Source of the DNA: Tubulanus polymorphus | Lineage: Eukaryota; Animalia; Nemertea | DNA length: 64,000 bases | Assembly (NCBI RefSeq): GCF_964204645.1 | Contig: NC_134035.1 | Span: 11,378,451-11,442,450, forward strand | Reading direction: 5' to 3' | Shown: positions 49,045-60,221 of the stretch, in pieces | Position numbering within the stretch: the first letter of the stretch is position 1 | How the letters are laid out: each line of letters starts with the position of its first letter | Position numbers and translations under genes: made by a program | Notes under the pieces: model-generated | The model's input: the letters and a program-made list of their open reading frames with translations, nothing else | What the model was told of the DNA's origin: nothing | Databases searched by the model: none

Positions 49045-52000
49045 CTACAATTCTTCTTTTGCTCGTAACGAGTCCTGAAATGGTTTAAATTTTCATTACA
49101 TCATTTTTAAACATTTCTAGAGATTAAACTCCTGATCCAAAAGATGTGAATTAGAATTCTTAACGTGAAATTGTGTAATCGAGAAGGAACTGAACTTTTA
49201 CTTCCGAGTCAAATTACGTAACACGTAGCTAAAAAAAACTGCGCGAAGATATTCGAATTCAAGTAATTTCTAGTTATAGATGGTGGAAATGTTGAAAATT
49301 ATATTTTATGAATCGCTTACCTGAAGTGCGTCGATTTTCTTCCAGTAAACGCTACCCTCCTGGTGAATGGGCATGATCGGGAAACGTAACCGAACTCTAC
49401 GGTCGATACCTGCATTTATATTATACAAGAAATATCACATCATTTGAAGCATTTCTGAACATTGTATTTAACGCAAGGAGTAGTTGTTGTTGAATATCTA
49501 AATTACCTGGAATAGGCGGCAATAAAATCTTCGCTCCAGATGCGACCACCTTTTGAGCCACACCCTTATTGTCTTTGATGTACATGAAGCCGTTTGAAGT
49601 GTCGGCCGGGTCCCCGCTGTATCCGTTAGATGCGTAGAATTCTAGAGGCGTCAAGTCGTAAACCGTCCTCGAAGCGTGCGCCAAAGCATTACCCGGTTTC
49701 TTTCCAATACCCGGTGAGGTTTTTGGGTCCTCGTCATGCTTTTTATTTAAATGAAGTTATATATATGTTAAGATATAGTATCGCTATGATATAAACTTTA
49801 TTCATATGAACTACCACGAAATGACACATATACCGGTGAATAACGATGGGATTCAACGGAATTGGACGAAAAATCATTTTTCTGAAGGAATGAAATTAAT
49901 TCATTAGTTGTAACTTTGTTTTATATTATAACATTATTCATTGACTGTCACATTGTACAGATTGTTGCAATCAATACGTTGAGAACCATTAACAAAGGAC
50001 TGACTTCATTAGCATTATTACCTTGTAAGCAATATTGTGGGGATTCCAGCTGTTAAGCGGAGTCAGATAGACAATTTCCAACGGTATCGCGTACGTGAAC
50101 CTCTGTTTGGCTTGCACGCATTTCTTTTTCCGGCAGTACTCGACCTGGGGGAAAACATCGAACATGATTATAACGAAGCAAAATAAAGAGTCGCCCAAGC
50201 ATTATGTTCACGTAAATTAAGTTTAAGTATATGCGGTTGAAGTACTGCGTGATTCGGGTTTTTAAATAACTTCTACGTGATAGAAAAAGGATGCTAGAGC
50301 CGTTAAGAATAACCCCAAAAATGAAACGATAAACAAGACAATGACACTCGTCACACTCCTCAGAGATCGACTTTTTTAACACATTGATTTTACAGGCTTT
50401 TCGTTTTCGATGAATCTTTCACCATGTCGTACTGTTCCGTACGAGTGCTTTCTAACCTCAGCTGGTGCTATTTTTTCCTGCGTGGTCGAAGCCGCGAACA
50501 AACTGTCGTCGTCGAAACCTCGGTGCTGCCATCTAGATCCCATAGCGTCCCGGTCACCAGTGAACCATCTGTGATAATACGCCGCGTTCAAATCTTTTTC
50601 TGGTTCAACGAACGACTGTAAATATAAGGAGGTCATTTCATGAATGGGAACATTTTTCAAACGATTTCTATTATAGTGGGAAGAGGATTTGAAGAAAAAG
50701 AATCGTGGTTGATGAGAGACAAGTTCATGATAGACCGATGGTCTAAACCATAGAGTGCTTCTCTGATCTAAAACTGACCTTGGCGCGACTTCCACTGATT
50801 CCGTCATCGACCATGTTGGCGCCGTAACCGTCTTTACCCGGGATTTCAGACATCAATTCATCCAGAAAATCATATCGATAAGTGTCCTCTTTCCAGGAGT
50901 CTTCGTCTTTAGGTGCCAGCTTAGAAAAAAAGAAAGTATCATCAGTATCAATGACAGTGTTGTTTATACGTTATTCATGTAAAATATTTTTCTAAAAAGT
51001 CAATGATTTTTTAATCAAGACAAATCGTGAACATTGTAAAAGATTATCAGGAGTTGTCAGCAGTATTACCTTATATCGGGCAGCTCTAGACATCTCGTAT
51101 TGTTTGATATCGTGTTTATTTGCCATTCTGACGTCTAAATCATCGACGAGTACGAGTCGTTTTGTCGATAAGTAGTTCTTCAACGGGTGACATACAATTC
51201 GATAGTTCCATTGCGCCAGAATCGGGACGCCGTTCACTACTTTAGTAATCGTAGTCGGCAGGTAGGCGAAATTCTCAAATCGATCTTTTCGTCCAGTGTA
51301 CGATGAGTATCTTACCTAAACAAGGAATCGGAAAATATCTATACGTTAAGTTATTCTAAAAACGAGAACAGACAAAAAAGGTTTTCATACAGCTCGTACT
51401 TTTTCCTGAAGATCAAGCCACGACGAGGCGTCCAAGTGGTGTCGGTCGCTTTCGAACGATTCTTCGATGGCGCCTTCATCAGATACAGTCCATCCTCCTT
51501 CCAGAAAACACAACAACGGCTTGAAATAATCCTTGTAGTTTCTGTGAGTTTCGTTTTGCTGACTGAACGCCTTGAAATATTCCCTCATCTCTTGAATCTG
51601 CAATATTTGTAATGATCAGTGTGAGCTGGTCGGTTGTTTTTGACTATAAGATTTCAATGGATTTATCTAAAAGCTAAGAAGTTTAAGCGTCCGAAAGAGT
51701 CAGAAAAACTGCTTTGTTTCTGTTCTCATCATTTCTAGTTAGTTTATTTGTCTACGTATAGCAAGTGAAGAATAGATACTGCCAGGGTTTTTTCTAAATA
51801 AATTTTACTTCAGTCATTACCAACCTGTTCTTCAATCGTGTCCTTTTCTGTAACTGATTTCGGGACATCTGGGAATGGGATGTCCTCAATCTGATTGTAA
51901 GCGGTTCTGTTCATTCCGGGAGCGATGGAGGCAGGCTTCGCGAGTTTATAATCGTTGTGTCTGGTTCTGAATTCGACTCCGTTCAACACGGCTACGAATT

Positions 52001-52818
52001 CGCCCATGCCGACTGTACGAATGTGGTTTGAGTGATCGTGCATGGCAGCAGCTCGCTTTCCACTGTATGAGGTCGAATGGTAGGTCTTGCTTCCTGTGGA
52101 AAACAAAATCATAAGGGTTTGGGTTGGTCACGCTTTCTTGTAACTATGCTGTAACTATGACGAATTCGATGGGTCCAGTTCCACAGTTCGGAGTTAAGAT
52201 TTGAACCTGAGTTAACTCATTGAAAATGAACTAATTTTAACTCAGAGTTAACTCTAACTCACAACTGTGGAACTAGGTCCTGGTGGTTATTACAATTTGT
52301 AAATGATAAAAAGCTCTTATGTATGAATCGCGCGAGAAATACTACTTTTCTATAGTATTTCTGCCTTGAGTTTCCAGGAATCGTTATTTAGAGAAATCTT
52401 GTACATTCTATACACTATATCAAAGCCATGTAACTATCTCTCATTGCTTCCTTAGTAAAAAAACGTGAAAGCGTTGGTGTATTGTTGCCAGCAGATTGGT
52501 ATGAGTCCATTATGGTAAGGGTGAGGAACATACAACTTATTGCGTGGAAATAATATAGCAGCTTTGAAACTTACCCTGGCGAGTGAGTCGTAGTTGTTTG
52601 ATACCAGATTTACCATCGGATCTGATACGTTCTTCTACGAACATTTGTTGTAACATCAACTGTCGCGAAATGTGGCTCATCGACTGTTCGATGTATTTCA
52701 GTCTGGCGTCCAGAGATTCACCGACAGTTTGTTTTTTGTCCGTTTCTGGAGCGGCTGAGTGTGCGGCAGCGGTCATCACGACCAAAACTACCGCGCAGGA
52801 CAACCAAGTAGAAATCAT
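49045..52818 (-). CDS. Array copy 4 (~576 aa)
   Basis: Same 10 exons, open frame, long N-terminus like copy 1. Terminal coding segment 49074-49045 = DSLRAKEEL*. Confidence 0.88.
52171..52280. mobile_element. ~110-bp palindromic MITE in a copy 4 intron
   Basis: gggtccagttccacagtt...aactgtggaactaggtcc. The empty site is seen in copies 2 and 3 (gacgaattcctttgtggttg). Confidence 0.8.
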
Positions 52819-53274
52819 TCTTGCTAAATCTAATTGGAATATAGAAAAATGATGATTTTAGACGGAGAAAAATACAATGGATGATGTAAATTGTTTAGTG
52901 CTCAGATCGTAAGGTTATGGCTATTCCTAGATCGGGTGAAGCCTCCACTTTTCTTGATCCTCACATAGAAGACGTCTAGTGAATAATTTCATTCGATATA
53001 AAAAGAACCGTTACGTGGTGCAACGTTCATAAAATGTAAAAAAAATCATAACCTAGTCATATGGACCCGAGGTTTCACAGAGATGTCAGTTAGACTTAAC
53101 TCTGAGTTAGAATTAGTTCATTTCAATGTTTCAACAAAATGTTTTCAAATCATAACTCTGCAACTGTGAAATTGAGTCATGCCTTTCAATGAGATATAAC
53201 CAAAAGGTTTCTTATCCCTCGATTATTGTCTCCGGCCCAATGATTTTTAATGATTTTTCCCCAGTGAAACTTAC

Positions 53275-53355
53275 TTGTCTTCGTAGATCCCCTGTCTTCT
53301 TCGGAGCTTTCGACGACGAATGGTCCACGATTGGCGGCGACGACCTATTTAAACG
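53275..53355 (-). promoter_or_regulatory. Putative non-coding first exon and TATA-like promoter of copy 4
   Basis: Homologous to 32905-32990. GTAAGT donor at 53274, TTTAAATA at 53346-53353. Confidence 0.55.
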
Positions 53356-54128
53356 CTATCGCGGGCTAACACAGCTGTCAAACGCGTAGGATTGATACAA
53401 TAATCGAAATCATTACAAATAATTGGAAAGTATCTGAAACTGAACTTCTGCTGAATCAACAGCAATTACAAATAAAGTTGTTGCAATAATCTCATTGTCT
53501 GGTCGGATTGATCGGTGTAATTATTGATTAAATGCTCAATTATCATTCATTTCGATTCCGTCTGTTCGTTATATTTTCCGCACGAGGTTGTGTTTGCTGC
53601 AAATAAAATTCAGAGTCTCTCTTGTCTTGTAAGGGTCATATTTACCCGTACTATCGATGTATTTAAACTTTGAAAGATAAAATCTCTTGCGGTTCTTTGA
53701 ACTTGTCGGTCGTATTTGCAAAAAACGGTCGCGACCTCTTCGATTCGAAGAAATCTACGAAGGTACAAAGTTTACTATGATAATAAAGTTTTCTTCCTGT
53801 ATTTCATCATTCAAACCATCGTTACTTAGCGTGGGTTTGGCTACTTGGGGTAGAATCAAGTTATTCTGGGAAGTTTTTAACATTTTGTTCGATTAAATGA
53901 ATCAGTTGATCACAATATCCGCGATGAGACAATCAGTGTAAAAAGTCTACAATAATAGATTGAATGACTAAAAAGTTTATTTTATCAATATTTCGGGTGG
54001 TTTCTACCCCACCCTTCTTGAGTCTAGGACTCAATGATTCACTTTAGACCGGAGAAGGGCGGTAGAAAACGTCCATCTAAAATATGGAAATATTTCGCGT
54101 GATTTCTAAGTTGAAAGGGCAATTTTAG

Positions 54129-54790
54129 TCGTCTCCATCGATCCCAAAAGAAAAAAGGGCACATTTTTCCGAGACAAGGCAGATAATTTTAAACAAAAGG
54201 GCACATTCACCGAATGAAAAACAAGAAAAGACACGTTTAGTCGTCTCCATCAATCCCAAAAGAAAAAAGGGCACATTTTTCTAAGACAAGGCAGATAATT
54301 TTAAACAAAAGGGCACATTCAGCTGTTCATCAATACCGAATGAAAAACAAGAAAAGACACGTTTAGTCGTCTCCATCAATCCCAAAAGAAAAAAGGGCAC
54401 ATTTTTCTAAGACAAGGCAGATAATTTTAAACAAAAGGGCACATTCAGCTGTTCATCAATACCGAATGAAAAACAAGAAAAGACACGTTTATTCGTCTCC
54501 ATCAATCCCAAAAGAAAAAAGGGCACATTTTTCTAAGACAAGGCAGATAATTTTAAACAAAAGGGCACATTCAGCTGTTCATCAATACCGAATGAAAAAC
54601 AAGAAAAGACACGTTTAGTCGTCTCCATCAATCCCAAAAGAAAAAAGGGCACATTTTTCTAAGACAAGGCAGTTAATTTTAAACAAAAGGGCACATTCAG
54701 CTGTTCATCAATACCGAATGAAAAACAAGAAAAGACACGTTTAGTCTCCATCAATCCCAAAAGTAGAAAAGGACATTTTTCTTCAAGATG
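54129..54790. repeat. 126-bp tandem repeat (~5 units), probably inside a non-autonomous DNA element ending ~54986
   Basis: tcgtctccatcaatcccaaaag recurs at 54241, 54367, 54493 and 54619, with aaagggcaca sub-repeats. Downstream terminus ggatgcggccctg. Confidence 0.9.
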
Positions 54791-55016
54791 AGGTGGAAAA
54801 TGTCAAACAAAAAAGGCTCTCCCAAATGGGCATATTTTTACCAGGCAGATCATTCTCATAAAGACGTTGGCAAATAGCAGTAAACTTTCAAAATGTTCTG
54901 TGGGAGGACCCCAAACCCCCTCGTTTGTCTCAGATGATGCCATTTAGTAGTGCTACCCTCAACAGTGGTCGTTGGATGCGGCCCTGTTGGTATGGAATGT
55001 GAAAGGTTGTGCAAGG

Positions 55017-55490
55017 CTCAAAAGTGGGCCTCAAATTAACACTTTTTTTCATATTACATGTAATTTGTAATTAAATTCTTGGCTTCATTAAGCCTAAGTC
55101 TCATGTAACGCATACGCCCTAAACTGCATTCATTATTTATACATTATATTGTATATGTTATTGCGTACGTCCCCTTCTGATGAGGAATGAAAGGTTTTGC
55201 ATAAATCTGTCATAGCAAAAATCTGTAATTCAATGTAATTCCCTGCAATCGATGTGTAATACGCTGTAAAGCTGTAATAACCAGATAAACCCTAAGTTAT
55301 ATTTTGCATAAATCTGTTAATAAATGTAATTCATTGAATTACAGATTTAATGCAAAACATTTCAATCCATGAAACGCATATTAGATACTATTGACCTACT
55401 GATGAGCCTATGCATTCTAAACGAAGCCAGAATTTTATTACAAATTACATGTAATATGAAAAAAAGTTAACTTTGTGACCACATTTTAAG
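55017..55490. mobile_element. ~470-bp foldback MITE
   Basis: ttaacactttttttcatattacatgtaatttgtaat / attacaaattacatgtaatatgaaaaaaagttaa. Confidence 0.75.
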
Positions 55491-56366
55491 ACACAAATGT
55501 GCACAGATGCGCTGATTGTCCGTCCACGTGAGGGATATCACATCATCAATATAAACATATGAATAAATAGATATAACCGGATCCACTATTCAGTATTCTT
55601 CTGTTTGTGGACTTATCAACTGAACAAATATTCATCTAATCGAAATATCGTTCAATACTTCTGAAAATCCCGTTTATAAAATGGATAAAAGCTTCCACTG
55701 ACGGCTTTCTTTTGAGGATATCGCAGAGTTAATTTTGTACTTAGTATATGTTAAAGAAATCCCTCCTTCAGCCCTAGATTGGCGCGAGTAAAGTAGGGTG
55801 AAAACCACGAACTGTTTGAGGCCAAGTGAAGGGGTGGATCTAGGTAATAGGGAGGTCGGGGTCCAGAAGATTGAGCAGCCATGTTATAGGCTACGAGCGG
55901 TATGTTAGATCTTTTATACATCGAGGAAATATGCAAATGTCATAGGCTTCTAGAAAGAAACAATTTCCGAAAGAATGAGTTTCAGATTTGCAGCTTTTAA
56001 CAATCTTAGTCGTCACGAAAAGGGCAACCTTTATGTCAAAGCAGAGGGCCGAGCCCCCGAGACCACCCGCTAAACCTAGGTGAGTGAACTGCTATAAGCA
56101 TCACTGTTGTAGGTTTTACGTATTTTGTTTCGTTTTGCATGTCAGGGGATTTTAGGCTTTGTTCCGAATCAGCCATCATTAATAAAAAGGTCTAAATCGT
56201 GTAGAAATATTAGAATAGAGGCAAAAACGTTGCAGCTATTCGTATTTGACCCCCTCGGGCCAAAACTTGCGCCGCAGAATGGGTGCAGCACATAAGGTGA
56301 TCAAATGGGTTGCCAGGGTTTGATTGGGCGGGCCTGAGCGGCAACCTGTCCGACCAAGGAATCTTG

Positions 56367-56710
56367 AGGCGTTTTTACGAGCATCCGATTTTTGCGATCG
56401 ATTTCGTGAACGATTTGCTTCGATCGTACGATCGAATCGAACGTTCGTAAAAATGACGATGGCTTTGGCTAATCACATGACATAAATATGGCGACGTTGA
56501 GGAAAAAAATGTATGGTTTTGAACTACCCGGTGCCGCCATCTTGGAAATCAAATCGCCAAATCGCTCGCCGAGCGAGTTGGTCGATTTCAAAAATCGATC
56601 GGAAAATCGTGTTCGTAAAAACGCCGATCGTGAAATCGATCGCAAAAATCGGTGCTCGTAAATGCGTTCCTACGATCGATCGCAAAAATCGGATGCTCGT
56701 AAAAACGCCT
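56367..56710. mobile_element. 344-bp MITE with perfect 36-bp TIR
   Basis: aggcgtttttacgagcatccgatttttgcgatcgat at both ends; flanks cttg / ctag. Confidence 0.85.
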
Positions 56711-56726
56711 CTAGGAGGTGTTATAG

Positions 56727-56826
56727 CATCCTCGCTTGCCAGGGGTCCGGTATCACTCCCGAACTCGCTTCCACCAGCCCCCTGGCCTCACGAAGCGTGA
56801 TTTCATTTCCTTGACGGGTGAAGATG
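56727..56826. mobile_element. 100-bp MITE, family A variant
   Basis: Same termini as 8149 and 22980. TSD gtgttatag (56718-56726, 56827-56835). Confidence 0.9.
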
Positions 56827-59800
56827 GTGTTATAGATCAATGAAGGGTTTGCGGCCTGTGTCGTTGGCGTGAGTATCGGCGCGAGGCAATCAAACCCTGG
56901 CAAGCGAGAATATAGCATCCCCGGTTATCCGGACTGTTCAGAGTCATAGATCGCCATCTACTGGAATTTTTTTGAACTCTGAAATTTTTCAATTCAGCTC
57001 GTGTACAGAATGTCAAAATCATAGGTTGCCATCTATTGGAAGTTGTCAATAAACAGTTCAAGGAAATTATGGTGGAAATCACACCAAATCATTATGCAAT
57101 TACGTAAAAAGTCATTTTCCTCTACATACCATGGATATGGTTGGAGAGTAAATAAATGTATTCTATGCTACATTCTGTTATAATTCACGTAAATTAGAAA
57201 ACCAACGAAGCACGACCATTGATATACCGGGTTCGAACCTAAGACATCCTTGTTTAACATATTCAGCATCAGCATATCATTGCGACCACAGGGATCCGTT
57301 ACAATTGATAATCCTGTGATTGTGATCAGCTTTCCACCAGTTTCTTTGACGTAGCTAAAAGTTTTCTTTAGCCTGCCGAAGGAAAACAAACAATAATCCA
57401 CTGCTACTTTTACCATGTAAAATATTTTATTGTACCAGAAAAATCAGCAGAGCTACGCATAATTATAATTAATATGTAAAACATAATACATAATATCATT
57501 TACATAATATCATATATGAACTCGGGGAATATACATATGTATTAAATATATTCGATATTCGATGTACGTAACTAATACATGCGCATAAATTAACTGGCGA
57601 ATCAAAAAAAATTCGTTTGATACACACGCGATTTCAGAATATAAAACAGGTGATTCTGTGAGCAGCGAACCGGACAGACAGGCGCGAATCATTACAACTG
57701 CAACGTGCCTTTTTGAATTTCTAGAAAACACATTAACCTCAATATCGTTTCATGATAGCTGAAATCAGATTCTAAAAACGTTGAAAAAGGAGCCTTGAAG
57801 GCAGTTAATTTTACTCAAACCTCCACATGTATTTCCCTGATTTTCAAAGGTGCAGTTTATTGCAGTTCGTGTCATGTTTTGGTTTTGTCTATCCGCACGC
57901 CTAAATAAAGATATTCTAATGTCCCTTATACGTATAGCACCACGTCCATAGAAAACGAATGTCTTGTGCCCGTTCATTTTGATTTTGAATCACGGAAAAA
58001 TTAAAAAAAATTTTAATTCTAGCGAAATTGAACTCACAACCGTGAACTGTGGAACTGGCTCGTGAACTGGATCGACACATCTTGAAGAATTCTTCAACTT
58101 TATTCATAGTTGTCGGACAAAAGAATTTACTTGCGATGTTTTCTATCGGTTGAGACAGGTTTGTTATGCGGAGATTCAGTTCACCTTATTCGCGGAAGCC
58201 ATTTTCTAATACACAGTCAATGAGAAAGGTTTCTAAAATATCATTCCGGATTATATGTTTTCTTAAAAAATATTATCACCTTACATATTCGTGAGGTCGG
58301 GGGAGGTGGGTGGATCCAGGCGCATTTCACGACAGTCGTGCATTGAAAGAAAATATTATAATTCTGCAAGTGGCCCCTCTTCAGAGAAATTTCCAAGGAA
58401 GACCGGACTACCTGATATCTCAAATTGTAGTAAGTTTTCACCAAAAATGAAAGTAATTTTGATATAAAAAATAATAGTAGCTTTACCATTGAAAATGAGC
58501 TGAAAATTACTATGATTTCGAGAGTATTGATATTTTTTGGGCGTCATCATAGAAACTACACTCAAATAGTAGCGGTAGTCATGTCTGCCTAGGGCACTTC
58601 ATTCTTGCAAAGCCCTGGATCCGCACCTGATGTTTATACTTCTAGGCCAGTGAACAGCTGCTCAATAGTTAGAGTTAATAGTCATGAGTTAATCGGTGGA
58701 CATAGTGACAGTTAAAAGTTTATTGTTACTATGGTATTTATCCGCTGGTTATCTTTAACCAACTTTTGAGCGACTGACCACTGATCGCAAAGTTGTGCAT
58801 AAATATTCGACTATGCACGCTACAACTATCAACACTATTGGCCGTAAGTTGTTTTAACTCTGTTTCGCCATGACATGATACATCTATTATCAACATGATC
58901 TTTTAATAAACGATAAGCAAATGAAAAAAAAATAAGAGCGCATAGAATTGAAGAAATAAATGCAGCTGCAAGCACATATCCGGTAGTAGAAAATACATCT
59001 CTTTACTTACTTTTGCCGGTAGTTAATACTCAGTAATACCTCGGTATAATTACTCATACACAAACCATACTTCCATATGGTTGTCGTATCGTAAACCGAT
59101 TCAGAATACATTATACGAAAGCATGATCAAACAAAATTCAATGCAACTGCATGAATCTAAAAACACGAAGCAAAAAATGGTGAACCTGTAAATTGCCGTG
59201 GTGGAATTGAGAAAATACGTGCGTGACCGAAATATCAGCGAAAAAACTACAAGTTTTCGCAAACTTTTTACTCAATTCTCAAATCGTTAACAATTTTCAA
59301 AGATTTCGATTACGCATAATATAAGTCCACTGTCACAACGATAAGATTCCTACTAACACTAAATTGAGGTAAGCTTAGTATAGAAAATCTTGCGAATATT
59401 ACCAGGAGAAAATGAAAAGCGACGAAGCTTCTACCAAGTACCTGCTGACGAACTATTTCAATTGAGCTAACATCGTATTTACATCGCTAACACATTAAGA
59501 TGTACAGTAGACGCTTCCTCATAAATAGTAAGTCGCGATCACACGGAAACAATTGAACCCCGCTTCAAATTCACTGTTCGCTCGTAACTAAAACTGCTAT
59601 CAAAACAATGCTGTGGCAAGCGAGTGAGGTGAGTCACTTTCAGAACCACTTCACACCCATCAACATGATTTTGACCCGAGCTAAAATTTGGCGTGGGTCT
59701 GGTCCAATGTTTTTGATCGTGCAAAATTTGGCTATTGTCAAAGGCCTTATCCGGCATGGGCTGAATTTGAAACGGTCGTGTGATCGCGACTGGTATCCCA

Positions 59801-59938
59801 ACAGTAGTGTATTTAAGGAGTCTACTATATGCTAATATATTACACAGAGATATACATGTATAATTACCTAATTCAAACACGCCTTTCCAATTAAATCAAT
59901 CGTCCTACTAGACTCCCATCTTATTCGGTACTGATTAA

Positions 59939-60221
59939 CCCTTTCAGTGCGTATACACCGCAGAGCGGTGTATGAATCGGTGATGGATTTTGCTAGTACA
60001 CCGCACTGCGGTGTATCGGTGTAATTAGTAATTAGTTTTTATCTCTATTGAAAGATGGCAGTACCTGTCAAACATAGTGAAATATTAGTAACTAACGATA
60101 CACTGCACCGCGGTATAGACGCACTGTAGTGGTATTCCCGTTATTCAACACACTAGGGCGGAATTTTTCAAAATTTTCAAATTATCTCCAGCACTATAGG
60201 GTATTGATTAGTCTGAAAGGG
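59939..60221. mobile_element. Non-autonomous piggyBac-like element
   Basis: TTAA|ccctttcag ... ctgaaaggg|TTAA, with internal acaccgca..gcggtgta palindromes. Confidence 0.8.

Larger units (their letters stand above)
56310..56908. mobile_element. Family-A-related palindromic MITE hosting two nested insertions
   Basis: TIR ttgccagggtttgattg / caatcaaaccctggcaa; internal similarity to 38117-38464. Confidence 0.7.

Noticed and set aside
55172-55215. Possible hammerhead (ctgatgaggaatgaaa)
   Set aside because: No valid stem I or NUH cleavage triplet, and it lies inside a foldback MITE.
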